This document shows, in pieces, positions 1 through 7,700 of a stretch of 64,000 nucleotides of DNA. Made by a program: the position numbers and the translations under genes. The stretch lies in IMG/VR virus record IMGVR_UViG_3300050821_001265, positions 5,111 to 69,110 of that record; one strand, 5' to 3'. The DNA comes from a virus. Position 1 is the stretch's first letter. The number at the start of each line of letters is the position of its first letter. Below the pieces are notes generated by a model. It was not told the origin of the DNA, did no database searches, and was given only the letters and a program-made list of their open reading frames with translations.

Positions 1-69
1 GATACGAAAGAAGATCAAGGAAGAGACCGGAATGATAGATGAAGTACCGATGTAAAAAGGGAGAACATC

Positions 70-231
70 ATGACTGGGACCAAACCTAAATGGGAATTTG
101 TAAATGAAGAGGAGGGAAGCTACACAGAGAGGCTAGACGTTCCAGGCGGTTGGCTGTATAGAATGGTTTTGAAGGAGTCAGAGGCAAACTTTGCGGTTGT
201 ATTTGTTCCACGTCCGGATCACATATCATGA
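70..231 (+). CDS. small hypothetical phage protein (53 aa)
   Basis: Manually translated MTGTKPKWEF...RLDVPGGWLYR...VVFVP; GGGAG RBS; ATGA overlap with the next gene. Confidence 0.6.
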   Translation: MTGTKPKWEFVNEEEGSYTERLDVPGGWLYRMVLKESEANFAVVFVPRPDHIS

Positions 232-797
232 ACGACCATCCATCAAACCCAGCAATCAGCCGTCTACGCGAGCGCACCGCGTACCTCCGCGATTTGCATC
301 TCCGTATCAAAGACACGGAAATGCAACTCTCTGCACTCCGCGCCGAAGCGCGCCAGCTAAGCGAACATGAACTAGTAGAGATGTTCAATGAGGCGGGAGC
401 CGACAGCATCGGGCTTCCACCACTGGGAAATCTCCCAGGAGTGGAAGCCGAACTACGTCCGTTCTACTCCGCGAACATCGCAGCCTCCTGGGATGAGGAA
501 CGTCGTGAAGAAGCCTTCACGGCGCTCCACAACGCCGGTGCCGCCGATCTCATTAAGACCAGAATCACACTCGACTTCCCGCGTGACTCCCGCGCGGCGG
601 TTGTTGCGACCGTTAAATGGCTACAGGAGCACGCAAAAGGCGCTTCTGTAGCCATTAAAGACAGCGTACACGCCTCCACCTTAACCGCCTGGGTGAAGGA
701 GTGCTTCGAGAAGGGTCGCGCTAATGACCTCCCTCCACTAGATGTCATTGGAGCATCCACAGGGTGGAACGTAATCCTAAAAGATCGAAAGGAATAG
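228..797 (+). CDS. conserved replication-module protein (coiled-coil N-terminus)
   Basis: 189-aa ORF; VHASTLTAWVKE motif resembles proteins found upstream of SSB-like genes in phage replication clusters. Confidence 0.6.
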   Translation: MNDHPSNPAISRLRERTAYLRDLHLRIKDTEMQLSALRAEARQLSEHELVEMFNEAGADSIGLPPLGNLPGVEAELRPFYSANIAASWDEERREEAFTALHNAGAADLIKTRITLDFPRDSRAAVVATVKWLQEHAKGASVAIKDSVHASTLTAWVKECFEKGRANDLPPLDVIGASTGWNVILKDRKE

Positions 798-800
798 ATC

Positions 801-1580
801 ATGGCAAGCAAAAGCAACAATACTGCAGTAGCAAAACAGGATCAATCTGCTAACGCACTTATTGATCCTGAACTGATGAAGCAGATCGAAGCTGATTCTG
901 GTCTCGGAGTATCGGACCGCGCAGAAGATCGCATACAGGCTTGGGTGAAAGTTCTTCATCAACTTTCGCCAGAGATGAACCCGCGTGATCCGGACTTCGT
1001 GAAGGATGCAAAACCAGGAGACATATGGATCAAGGCCCAAAATCTCCTGGTCCCAGGAGACAAGGGTATCATCTTCCAGCAATGCGCGTATCAACTCCGT
1101 TGGGTCGAATGGCCTGGCGCGGTCGGGAGCAGCGGCCAACCAGTCGCGCGCTACGATAAGGCGCCACCAAATTGGGAGTTCGGTGGCATTGTGACTGATG
1201 ACGGTCACCATATCATCGAGACCAGGTATCATCTGGGTATCGTCTACGCGGATGGTCTCGATCCGTTCCCGGCGCAAATTGCGTTCTCTTCCACCGGTGC
1301 TCCGGTATCAATAAATTGGAGCAATATACAGAAGCACAAGAAACTACCAAATGGGAAGATGGCGCCAGCTTATCTATCGCTCTACCGTCTGACGACGATA
1401 GAGCGGTCAAATGAAAAGGGTCGCTGGTTTTTACTTGATCCAAAAGATGCCGGCCATGCTTCATCTGATCAGATCAGATTAGGTATGGAGGTCTCCCACG
1501 ACATCAGCGAACAAAAACTCAAGATGGGAGAAGGCGAAAGCGGCGACCGTCAATATGCATCCGAAGAGATGCCATTATAG
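801..1580 (+). CDS. putative single-stranded DNA-binding protein
   Basis: 259 aa; KVLHQLSPE, KPGDI, WVEW and NEKGRWF motifs; acidic C-terminal tail; position in the replication cluster. Confidence 0.55.
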   Translation: MASKSNNTAVAKQDQSANALIDPELMKQIEADSGLGVSDRAEDRIQAWVKVLHQLSPEMNPRDPDFVKDAKPGDIWIKAQNLLVPGDKGIIFQQCAYQLRWVEWPGAVGSSGQPVARYDKAPPNWEFGGIVTDDGHHIIETRYHLGIVYADGLDPFPAQIAFSSTGAPVSINWSNIQKHKKLPNGKMAPAYLSLYRLTTIERSNEKGRWFLLDPKDAGHASSDQIRLGMEVSHDISEQKLKMGEGESGDRQYASEEMPL

Positions 1581-1585
1581 CAACT

Positions 1586-1719
1586 CGTGGTCCGTGCGAT
1601 GTGTGATGAAGGTCGTTCAGTCATCAGCCGAAGTTGGGTGGTTGATTTGCTCTCTCCTGTCCAACAAGGTTTCTGCAGCGCGCGCATGGCGCAAGTCCGG
1701 CGACGGAGCCACGCCTTTT
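1586..1719 (+). ncRNA. candidate structured intergenic RNA with anti-RBS loop (element A)
   Basis: Closing stem CGTGG-TCCGT (1586-1595) / ACGGA-g-CCACG (1703-1713); hairpin 1633-1665 whose loop is antisense to GGAGAGAGCAAA; short U-tract follows. Confidence 0.5.
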
Positions 1720-1729
1720 GGAGACAGCA

Positions 1730-2659
1730 ATGACCGTTCATATTGTAGGCGCGGGTTTAGCAGGTCTCCTCGCAGCCAACATGCTAAACAAACTCGATCC
1801 GCAAGTTTTTGAACGTCAGCTTAAACTACCAAATAACCATAGTGCTGTCCTGAGATTCAGGACCAGCGCTATAGGTGATGTGTTAGGAATACCATTCCGT
1901 CAAGTGACCCTCGTCAAGAGCATCCAACCTTGGAAGAACCCAGCAGCGGACGCTTTAGCCTATAGCATGAAGATCGGAGGCGAGAGCCGCAGCGATCGTT
2001 CTATCAACTCCGGTGAATTAGTTGATACGCGGTGGATCGCGCCTCCCAATTTGATAGAACTTATGTCAAAGGACATAAATTCGATCAACCTCGGAACGCC
2101 TTACCCCTTCAATGAAATGAAGGGGCAAGGAGTGCCGATCATATCCACAATCCCGATGCCTGTGCTAATGGATGAATTGAATTGGCCAGACAAGCCAGAG
2201 TTCCGCTTCATGCATGGTTACAATATCAGCGCCGACATCGAGCGCTGTAACGCCTATGTGTCTCTCATGGTCCCTAGTCCGGCCTATCCGTTCTCGCGTA
2301 TCTCTATCACAGGCTCCCAACTAATTGTGGAAATCCCACAATGCGATGGCAGCTTCGAGGTTGACGCGCGGACCTGGGCAACGATGGCCGCTTCGCTCCT
2401 CGGGATAGAAATAGAACGCGTGGGCAACGTGCGTAGCCTCCGTCAGACCTACGTTAAAATACTCCCGGTGGATGATGGCGTCCGTAGGGAGTTCATCTAT
2501 TGGGCATCGAAAGAATACAACATCTATTCCCTTGGGCGCTTTGCTTGCTGGCGACCTGGCTTGCTCCTTGATGACTTAGTCAAGGATGTAAGACTAATCG
2601 AAAGCTGGATAACGCGCCGCAAGGATCACTACGCAAGAGCAATCGCTGCTCGTGCGTAG
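1730..2659 (+). CDS. FAD/NAD(P)-binding oxidoreductase (UDP-galactopyranose mutase/PPO-like fold)
   Basis: N-terminal Rossmann motif IVGAGLAGLLAA; C-terminal SLGRFACW; RBS GGAG at 1720. Confidence 0.75.
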   Translation: MTVHIVGAGLAGLLAANMLNKLDPQVFERQLKLPNNHSAVLRFRTSAIGDVLGIPFRQVTLVKSIQPWKNPAADALAYSMKIGGESRSDRSINSGELVDTRWIAPPNLIELMSKDINSINLGTPYPFNEMKGQGVPIISTIPMPVLMDELNWPDKPEFRFMHGYNISADIERCNAYVSLMVPSPAYPFSRISITGSQLIVEIPQCDGSFEVDARTWATMAASLLGIEIERVGNVRSLRQTYVKILPVDDGVRREFIYWASKEYNIYSLGRFACWRPGLLLDDLVKDVRLIESWITRRKDHYARAIAARA

Positions 2660-2809
2660 TGATAACTGAAAGGAGGTGGTTCAAATGGGTACATGCTCGC
2701 GGTCTCAGGGACCCCTAGTGAGGAGCGCCGCGAGCATCAAAGTCTGAAGCACTTCTACCGGCGGTGGGCAGGCCACTGCTCACCGCCACCCAATCAAATG
2801 GAGAGAGCA

Positions 2810-3133
2810 ATGAACCTTTATGAAATCCACAAACGAATGACGAGTCATCTTTTCCCGGCATACTCAAGCGAAGATGAAAGGTTCCTAGCGCTCGCGCTTT
2901 GCGGCGAAGCAGGAGAGCTAGCGAACATAATCAAGAAGCGCTGGCGCGATGGTGTCGATTTATCGGAGGAGGCGCGCGATGAGATAGCTGACTGTCGCGT
3001 GTACCTAGAGTTGTTGGCTAAATGTTTTGACATTGAGGGCAGCAAACTAGATGATCGCGTTCAAGACAAGTTAGAGCGTGTTGTGAAAAAATTTGAAGCG
3101 CGGTTGGCGAGAGGAGGAGCGAATGAACTTTGA
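2810..3133 (+). CDS. mazG: MazG-like NTP pyrophosphohydrolase
   Basis: LCGEAGELANIIKK...DEIAD (EXXE...EXXD) motif; RBS GGAGAGAGCAATG. Confidence 0.85.
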   Translation: MNLYEIHKRMTSHLFPAYSSEDERFLALALCGEAGELANIIKKRWRDGVDLSEEARDEIADCRVYLELLAKCFDIEGSKLDDRVQDKLERVVKKFEARLARGGANEL

Positions 3134-3356
3134 AACTTTGCCGCGCGTCTATCCAGAAATAGAGATGTGGAGCGCGGAGAGCGGCATCTGGACATTCGTG
3201 ATTATTCAAGATGGTCATGACGCGCCGTTTACTGCTTCAGTAAAAATCTCAAGATCAAAACCATTCCAAGGTGAACGCTTCGATCTAGGTGAGTTTGCTT
3301 CGTTCGTCGGAGCGGAAGCCGCTTGTGAAAAGTTCAAGAAGGAGAGAGCACAATGA
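3123..3356 (+). CDS. hypothetical protein
   Basis: ORF with GGAGGAG RBS; overlaps both neighbours. Confidence 0.55.
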   Translation: MNFETLPRVYPEIEMWSAESGIWTFVIIQDGHDAPFTASVKISRSKPFQGERFDLGEFASFVGAEAACEKFKKERAQ

Positions 3357-4102
3357 AAGTATCGCTTATCGACTATACCGGCGCCGGAACCTCCGACCCG
3401 GCCGACTACGCCGCGTCAGTTCTAATCTTCACGAAGAACACACGTTTGCTAATGGCTCCAGCATTGATGAAAGACATACAAGGTTGGAGCCAAGATCGCA
3501 AAACCAAAGAACTGGAGTACATGGCGCACACGCTCCCTAGCTCCCATGAGTTCGTTCACTTCACGTTTATAATCGAAGGCGTGACGCGCGCTTTCACTCA
3601 TCAGTTGGTACGCACGCGAAATGCTTCGTATGCGCAGCAAGCTATGCGTATCCTCAACGTCAAGGGTTGGGAGTATGATACCGGACCTACGATTGAAGCT
3701 TGCGACCTGTGTCTTGATCGTTACCGCTCCGCAATGGCCGACATCGCTACCGCCTATGACTTTCTAATCGAGCATGGCGCTGCAGTTGAGGACGCTCGCG
3801 GCGTACTGCCGACGAACATCCTCACTAATATTGTTATGGGTATCAATATGAGGAATTTCGTGGGCCTGGTCAAGAAGCGATCAGGTCCAAGAATTCAATC
3901 GGAGTATCGTGCCGTGCTCGAACAAATGAGAGAACTAACAATGGGTATTTACCCATGGTTAGTTCTCTTCCTTGATCGAACAAAGGACCGCGCCTTAACT
4001 GATTTGGATAAAGAGATCAGCCAAGAGTCCGATCCAGTCAAACGGATGCGAATGATGAAGCTTGTCGATCAAGTTCGTACTGCTGACGTTGATGTAGACT
4101 AA
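3353..4102 (+). CDS. thyX: divergent flavin-dependent thymidylate synthase (ThyX-like)
   Basis: FTFIIEGVTRAFTHQLVRTRNASYAQQAMR and ARGVLP...N.R...R...Q.EYR match the ThyX fold; the signature RHRx7S is altered to RTRx7A. Confidence 0.8.
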   Translation: MKVSLIDYTGAGTSDPADYAASVLIFTKNTRLLMAPALMKDIQGWSQDRKTKELEYMAHTLPSSHEFVHFTFIIEGVTRAFTHQLVRTRNASYAQQAMRILNVKGWEYDTGPTIEACDLCLDRYRSAMADIATAYDFLIEHGAAVEDARGVLPTNILTNIVMGINMRNFVGLVKKRSGPRIQSEYRAVLEQMRELTMGIYPWLVLFLDRTKDRALTDLDKEISQESDPVKRMRMMKLVDQVRTADVDVD

Positions 4103-4117
4103 TAAAGGGAGACTACA

Positions 4118-4570
4118 ATGGCTAACGAATCAGAGTTAAAGAAATGGTCGGACGAACAGCTAGTGGATGCTTTGATACAACCGAAGCATTCACACATCGG
4201 CTTCATGATCAAAGAAGTTCTGCGCAAGCGTATGGCAAATATGGAGATTGGGACGCTCTATAAGTATGTAACCGAGACCCAAGCGAAGCCTAACGGACCG
4301 GCAGGAGCGCCGAGACCGGCAGGAGCGCCGGTTGTTGGGATTGGTTTGCTAACTGATCGCCAACTATTGGATGAAGTTGCAGCAACAGCAGCGTCCAATC
4401 CTGAACTCCCGGAGACACTACCAAACAAAATGTTACAAGAGTGCTGCGATACAGCTTCATATCAATATGAAGGCGAAGGATTGGATGGTGAAAGATTTCT
4501 TTCAGACTCTGCGAGGAAACTTTACAGATGGTGCCTGAGGGAGCTAAGAGAGCGCGCAGCAGCGTTATGA
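4118..4570 (+). CDS. hypothetical protein
   Basis: 150-aa ORF with GGGAG RBS. Confidence 0.6.
   Translation: MANESELKKWSDEQLVDALIQPKHSHIGFMIKEVLRKRMANMEIGTLYKYVTETQAKPNGPAGAPRPAGAPVVGIGLLTDRQLLDEVAATAASNPELPETLPNKMLQECCDTASYQYEGEGLDGERFLSDSARKLYRWCLRELRERAAAL
4296..4330 (+). repeat. 17-bp direct repeat GACCGGCAGGAGCGCCG x2
   Basis: Copies at 4296-4312 and 4314-4330; encodes PAGAP twice. Confidence 0.85.
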
Positions 4571-4752
4571 GAGAGCAAGCGAAGTGGGTGGAGTGGCTTC
4601 ATAGGCTCCACCAAGTTACTGGAGAGCTAGCGCGCAAGGGCGCTAGCGCCTCCTATGACGCTCCCACGCTAGTCGCGTGGGCGGACGAACTACGGGCAGT
4701 CAGTGAAGATATGCGAAGGGAGAGCAACCGTGGGCCGAACGATCCTAACTGA
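4567..4752 (+). CDS. hypothetical protein
   Basis: ATGA-coupled small ORF. Confidence 0.45.
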   Translation: MREQAKWVEWLHRLHQVTGELARKGASASYDAPTLVAWADELRAVSEDMRRESNRGPNDPN

Positions 4753-5155
4753 TATTGACGGGACCCTATCTAACTCGCGCTGGCGAGATGGATTGATCGG
4801 CGCTGTCAGCTGGGATGAGTATCACGAGAAGTCTCAGTATGATGAACCCTATCAAAACATGATAGGGCTCATCAGATCATTGCATGAACGCGAATACTAT
4901 ATCGTGGGTGTATCCTCGCGCCCGGAAAAGTTCCGCAAGATGACGATCGAGTGGCTCTTGAAACATCAAGTGCCGCTCGATGACCTTCTGCTTAGACCGA
5001 ACAACAACCATCGTCCTTCGCCAGAACTGAAACCCTATATGGTATCCATGAGAATGGCCTTCAATGATATCGCGTTCGTCTTTGACGACCGTGAGGACGT
5101 GATCGCGGCGTTCCGCGAAAGAGGTGTAGACGGATTACAGGTGATGCCATCATGA
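4730..5155 (+). CDS. HAD-superfamily phosphatase (PNKP 3'-phosphatase-like)
   Basis: DIDGT motif I, SSR motif II, K motif III, FDDR motif IV; GTG start after GGGAG. Confidence 0.85.
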   Translation: MGRTILTDIDGTLSNSRWRDGLIGAVSWDEYHEKSQYDEPYQNMIGLIRSLHEREYYIVGVSSRPEKFRKMTIEWLLKHQVPLDDLLLRPNNNHRPSPELKPYMVSMRMAFNDIAFVFDDREDVIAAFRERGVDGLQVMPS

Positions 5156-5312
5156 CAATAGATATAGAAGTCAATCTCAACTGGGTGCTGATCGAAAAGA
5201 CCCGGATAGAGCGGCCTGCGCGTATCTCTCCGGATCAATGGCTTGATATGTGGTTAGACTTCCGGGATATGTTTGGCTACAACTTGAGCGAACCGCCGAA
5301 AGATTTAATCAT

Positions 5313-6125
5313 ATGAAGCTAGCCATCACGATGATATCCAATCGGCCGGAGACTGCGCATGAGCGATGGCTCGCTTCTGTCCATAAGCTCAACAAGCTTA
5401 GGGACAAAGTCGATACATCCTTCAGCTTCGTCTTTGAAGCGCCGTTTACTCAGGCGTTAGCGCTACCCTTCCAAAAACTTGGAAGGGTAACGCTAAAGCC
5501 GAAGTCAAAAGCGCCAATCTACAACTGGTGGCCAAATCGAAATCAAGCTTGCGCTAACGCGCCGGATGCGGAATACTGGCTTATGACGGATGATGACTTC
5601 CGCTTTGGCGGACCTACTCCGCTTGGATACGAAAGCTGGCGACGCTATTACGATGCGATCAAATATCTTGACGCTAATCCATCGTGCGGCGGCGTTTGCT
5701 GTCTGCCGTTCTTGGGAGGTTCCGCGAGCGGCTCAAAGATCATGGTAGCTCATCGCGAATTGTTTGCCCTCAGTCGCGGTCTCCTCCTCCGCAACGTCGG
5801 CAACTTCCTCTATAGCTTAAATGTCTTCAACCTCCCAGGAGCATTAGACGAACCTGCTGCGTGTTTTTCACGGATTGAGCTAGGCTACTATTTCGCGCGG
5901 ACCTTTAACACTCCGACCGTATTGCCGCCAACGCATAAGGTGCAGCCAGGCAATACTCATCCGGCTTACAACTCCGATACGATTAACACAGTCGGCATTG
6001 GTAGTGTTATTCGTAAGCGCTACAACGATCCGGACTGGGATCATAACACGCGACGCATTCCAATCGGCTGTTTAGAGATGCATTTGAAAGCATCTCCAAA
6101 CAGCGTTCTAGGAAAACGACAATGA
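5313..6125 (+). CDS. GT-A fold glycosyltransferase
   Basis: N-terminal strand ITMISNR, then NRN...YWLMTDDD (DxD motif), typical of GT-A enzymes. Confidence 0.7.
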   Translation: MKLAITMISNRPETAHERWLASVHKLNKLRDKVDTSFSFVFEAPFTQALALPFQKLGRVTLKPKSKAPIYNWWPNRNQACANAPDAEYWLMTDDDFRFGGPTPLGYESWRRYYDAIKYLDANPSCGGVCCLPFLGGSASGSKIMVAHRELFALSRGLLLRNVGNFLYSLNVFNLPGALDEPAACFSRIELGYYFARTFNTPTVLPPTHKVQPGNTHPAYNSDTINTVGIGSVIRKRYNDPDWDHNTRRIPIGCLEMHLKASPNSVLGKRQ

Positions 6126-6538
6126 ACGACAAAATGGTAGATAAATTCGCGGTTCACGATTACGTTCCATCGCCCCAGCATATGGGCGATTGCCGGATTT
6201 GTGGCCACGTTCAAGACAATACCATCCACGGTTATCCGCCGCGTGGGAAGACCGTGCCCGAGATGCTAGTGGCGCTTGGCGACCTATACCAGAAGCGTAA
6301 CAAGCTATATAAAAACAACTATAAGCATTTTGGTAAGGTCATGCTAGGAATGTTCCCGGACGGTCTAATCTTAAAGACCGAAGCAGACTTCAACCGGCTA
6401 GCCATCTTCGTTCAAATAGCTTCAAAGATGACACGCTACGGACAACAGTTCGCAGACGGCGGGCATACCGATAGTCTAGACGATGTAGCTGTCTATTCAC
6501 AAATGCTACAGGAGTACGATAGGGAGATAAAATCATGA
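6122..6538 (+). CDS. nucleotide-modification-associated all-alpha domain protein (NMAD1/DUF6378-like)
   Basis: KRNKLY..NY..FG...KMTRY...HTDSLDDVAVYSQML motif. Confidence 0.7.
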   Translation: MNDKMVDKFAVHDYVPSPQHMGDCRICGHVQDNTIHGYPPRGKTVPEMLVALGDLYQKRNKLYKNNYKHFGKVMLGMFPDGLILKTEADFNRLAIFVQIASKMTRYGQQFADGGHTDSLDDVAVYSQMLQEYDREIKS

Positions 6539-6951
6539 GTATGGAAACCCTGCTGATGATCATCGATGATACCACATCAAGCTTCAATATGCCTTCGGAG
6601 GAGGCGATCAAATGGCTGGAGCGGTTGGGAATGGAAATAGATGCCAGGATTTTGGGATTGAAGGAAGCAAGCAAACCCATTGCTATACTTGCGGCAAGAA
6701 ATTCGAGCGAGTAAAATATCAGTGTCCGATCTGCCGCGAGTGGCAGTGTTCTGAAGAATGCCGTAAACAGCATATCAAAGATATGGATCGAATATGACTG
6801 AGATCATCAAACTCCTCATCGCCTTACAAGCGGACAAAACTATTCTCCTTCAAATATCCGAGGGCAATCAAGCGCTCGCTCACATTCGTCTCAACTCTAA
6901 GCAGGCGATGGACATAGCTAAGCAACTAACGGAACTAGCAGGACTAATCAA

Positions 6952-7485
6952 ATGATAGTGTTAGCCTTCGACACTGAGACTTCGGGTCTTGTTAGCAACC
7001 GGAGTATTGCTGATAAGTTCCTTCCTCACATCATTGATTTTTTCGCAATCTTGGTAGACCTGTCCAACGGACAGGTACACCAAGAATACGAAACCCTCAT
7101 CAATCCGGGTATTGCCATTGATCAAGAGATCACGGACATTACCAAATTAACTGATGCGGACCTTAAAGACGCTCCGAAGTGGGAGAAGGTCGCGGATCGC
7201 ATAGAGGCGCTCATAAAGAGCGCTCCAGCTGTCCTTGCTCACAACGCAGCTTTCGATCAGGAGATGGTGGATATCGAGTTCGCGCGGCTAGGCCGCAAGA
7301 TCGACTGGCCTCCGCTTATCTGTACGGTTGAACAATCCCGCCATCTTCATTCCCACAATATCAACCTCAACGATCTACACGAAGAATTGCTTGGTGAGCG
7401 TTTTACTGACGCGCATCGGGCAAAACCAGACACGCTCGCTACGGTCCGGGTTGCTATTGAGATGTATAAGCGAGGGATGATATGA
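6952..7485 (+). CDS. dnaQ: DEDDh 3'-5' exonuclease (DNA Pol III epsilon-like)
   Basis: FDTETSG (ExoI), AHNAAFD (ExoII), AHRAKPD (ExoIII). Confidence 0.9.
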   Translation: MIVLAFDTETSGLVSNRSIADKFLPHIIDFFAILVDLSNGQVHQEYETLINPGIAIDQEITDITKLTDADLKDAPKWEKVADRIEALIKSAPAVLAHNAAFDQEMVDIEFARLGRKIDWPPLICTVEQSRHLHSHNINLNDLHEELLGERFTDAHRAKPDTLATVRVAIEMYKRGMI

Positions 7486-7700
7486 CTGAGTTTGACGCGC
7501 TCAAGGCTGCGCGCGAGATATTAGCAAGTATGATCGAGACGGAAAGCGCACTTGTACATATGGAGCGCGATCTATTAGTTGAAGTTGAAATATCAGAGCG
7601 CCGCCTCAATCACGTTCGTAAAGTTCTTGGATTCATACGCGAGTATGCAATCGCTCCGCAGCGCGCGAAAGTCGCGGAGCTAGCGGAGGGTTCAAAATGA
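7482..7700 (+). CDS. hypothetical coiled-coil protein
   Basis: 72-aa ORF with ATGA overlaps on both sides. Confidence 0.55.
   Translation: MTEFDALKAAREILASMIETESALVHMERDLLVEVEISERRLNHVRKVLGFIREYAIAPQRAKVAELAEGSK

Noticed and set aside
1595-1635. Hammerhead ribozyme (TGATGA here; CTGATG near 16270)
   Set aside because: No complete CUGANGA...GAAA core with the required stems.
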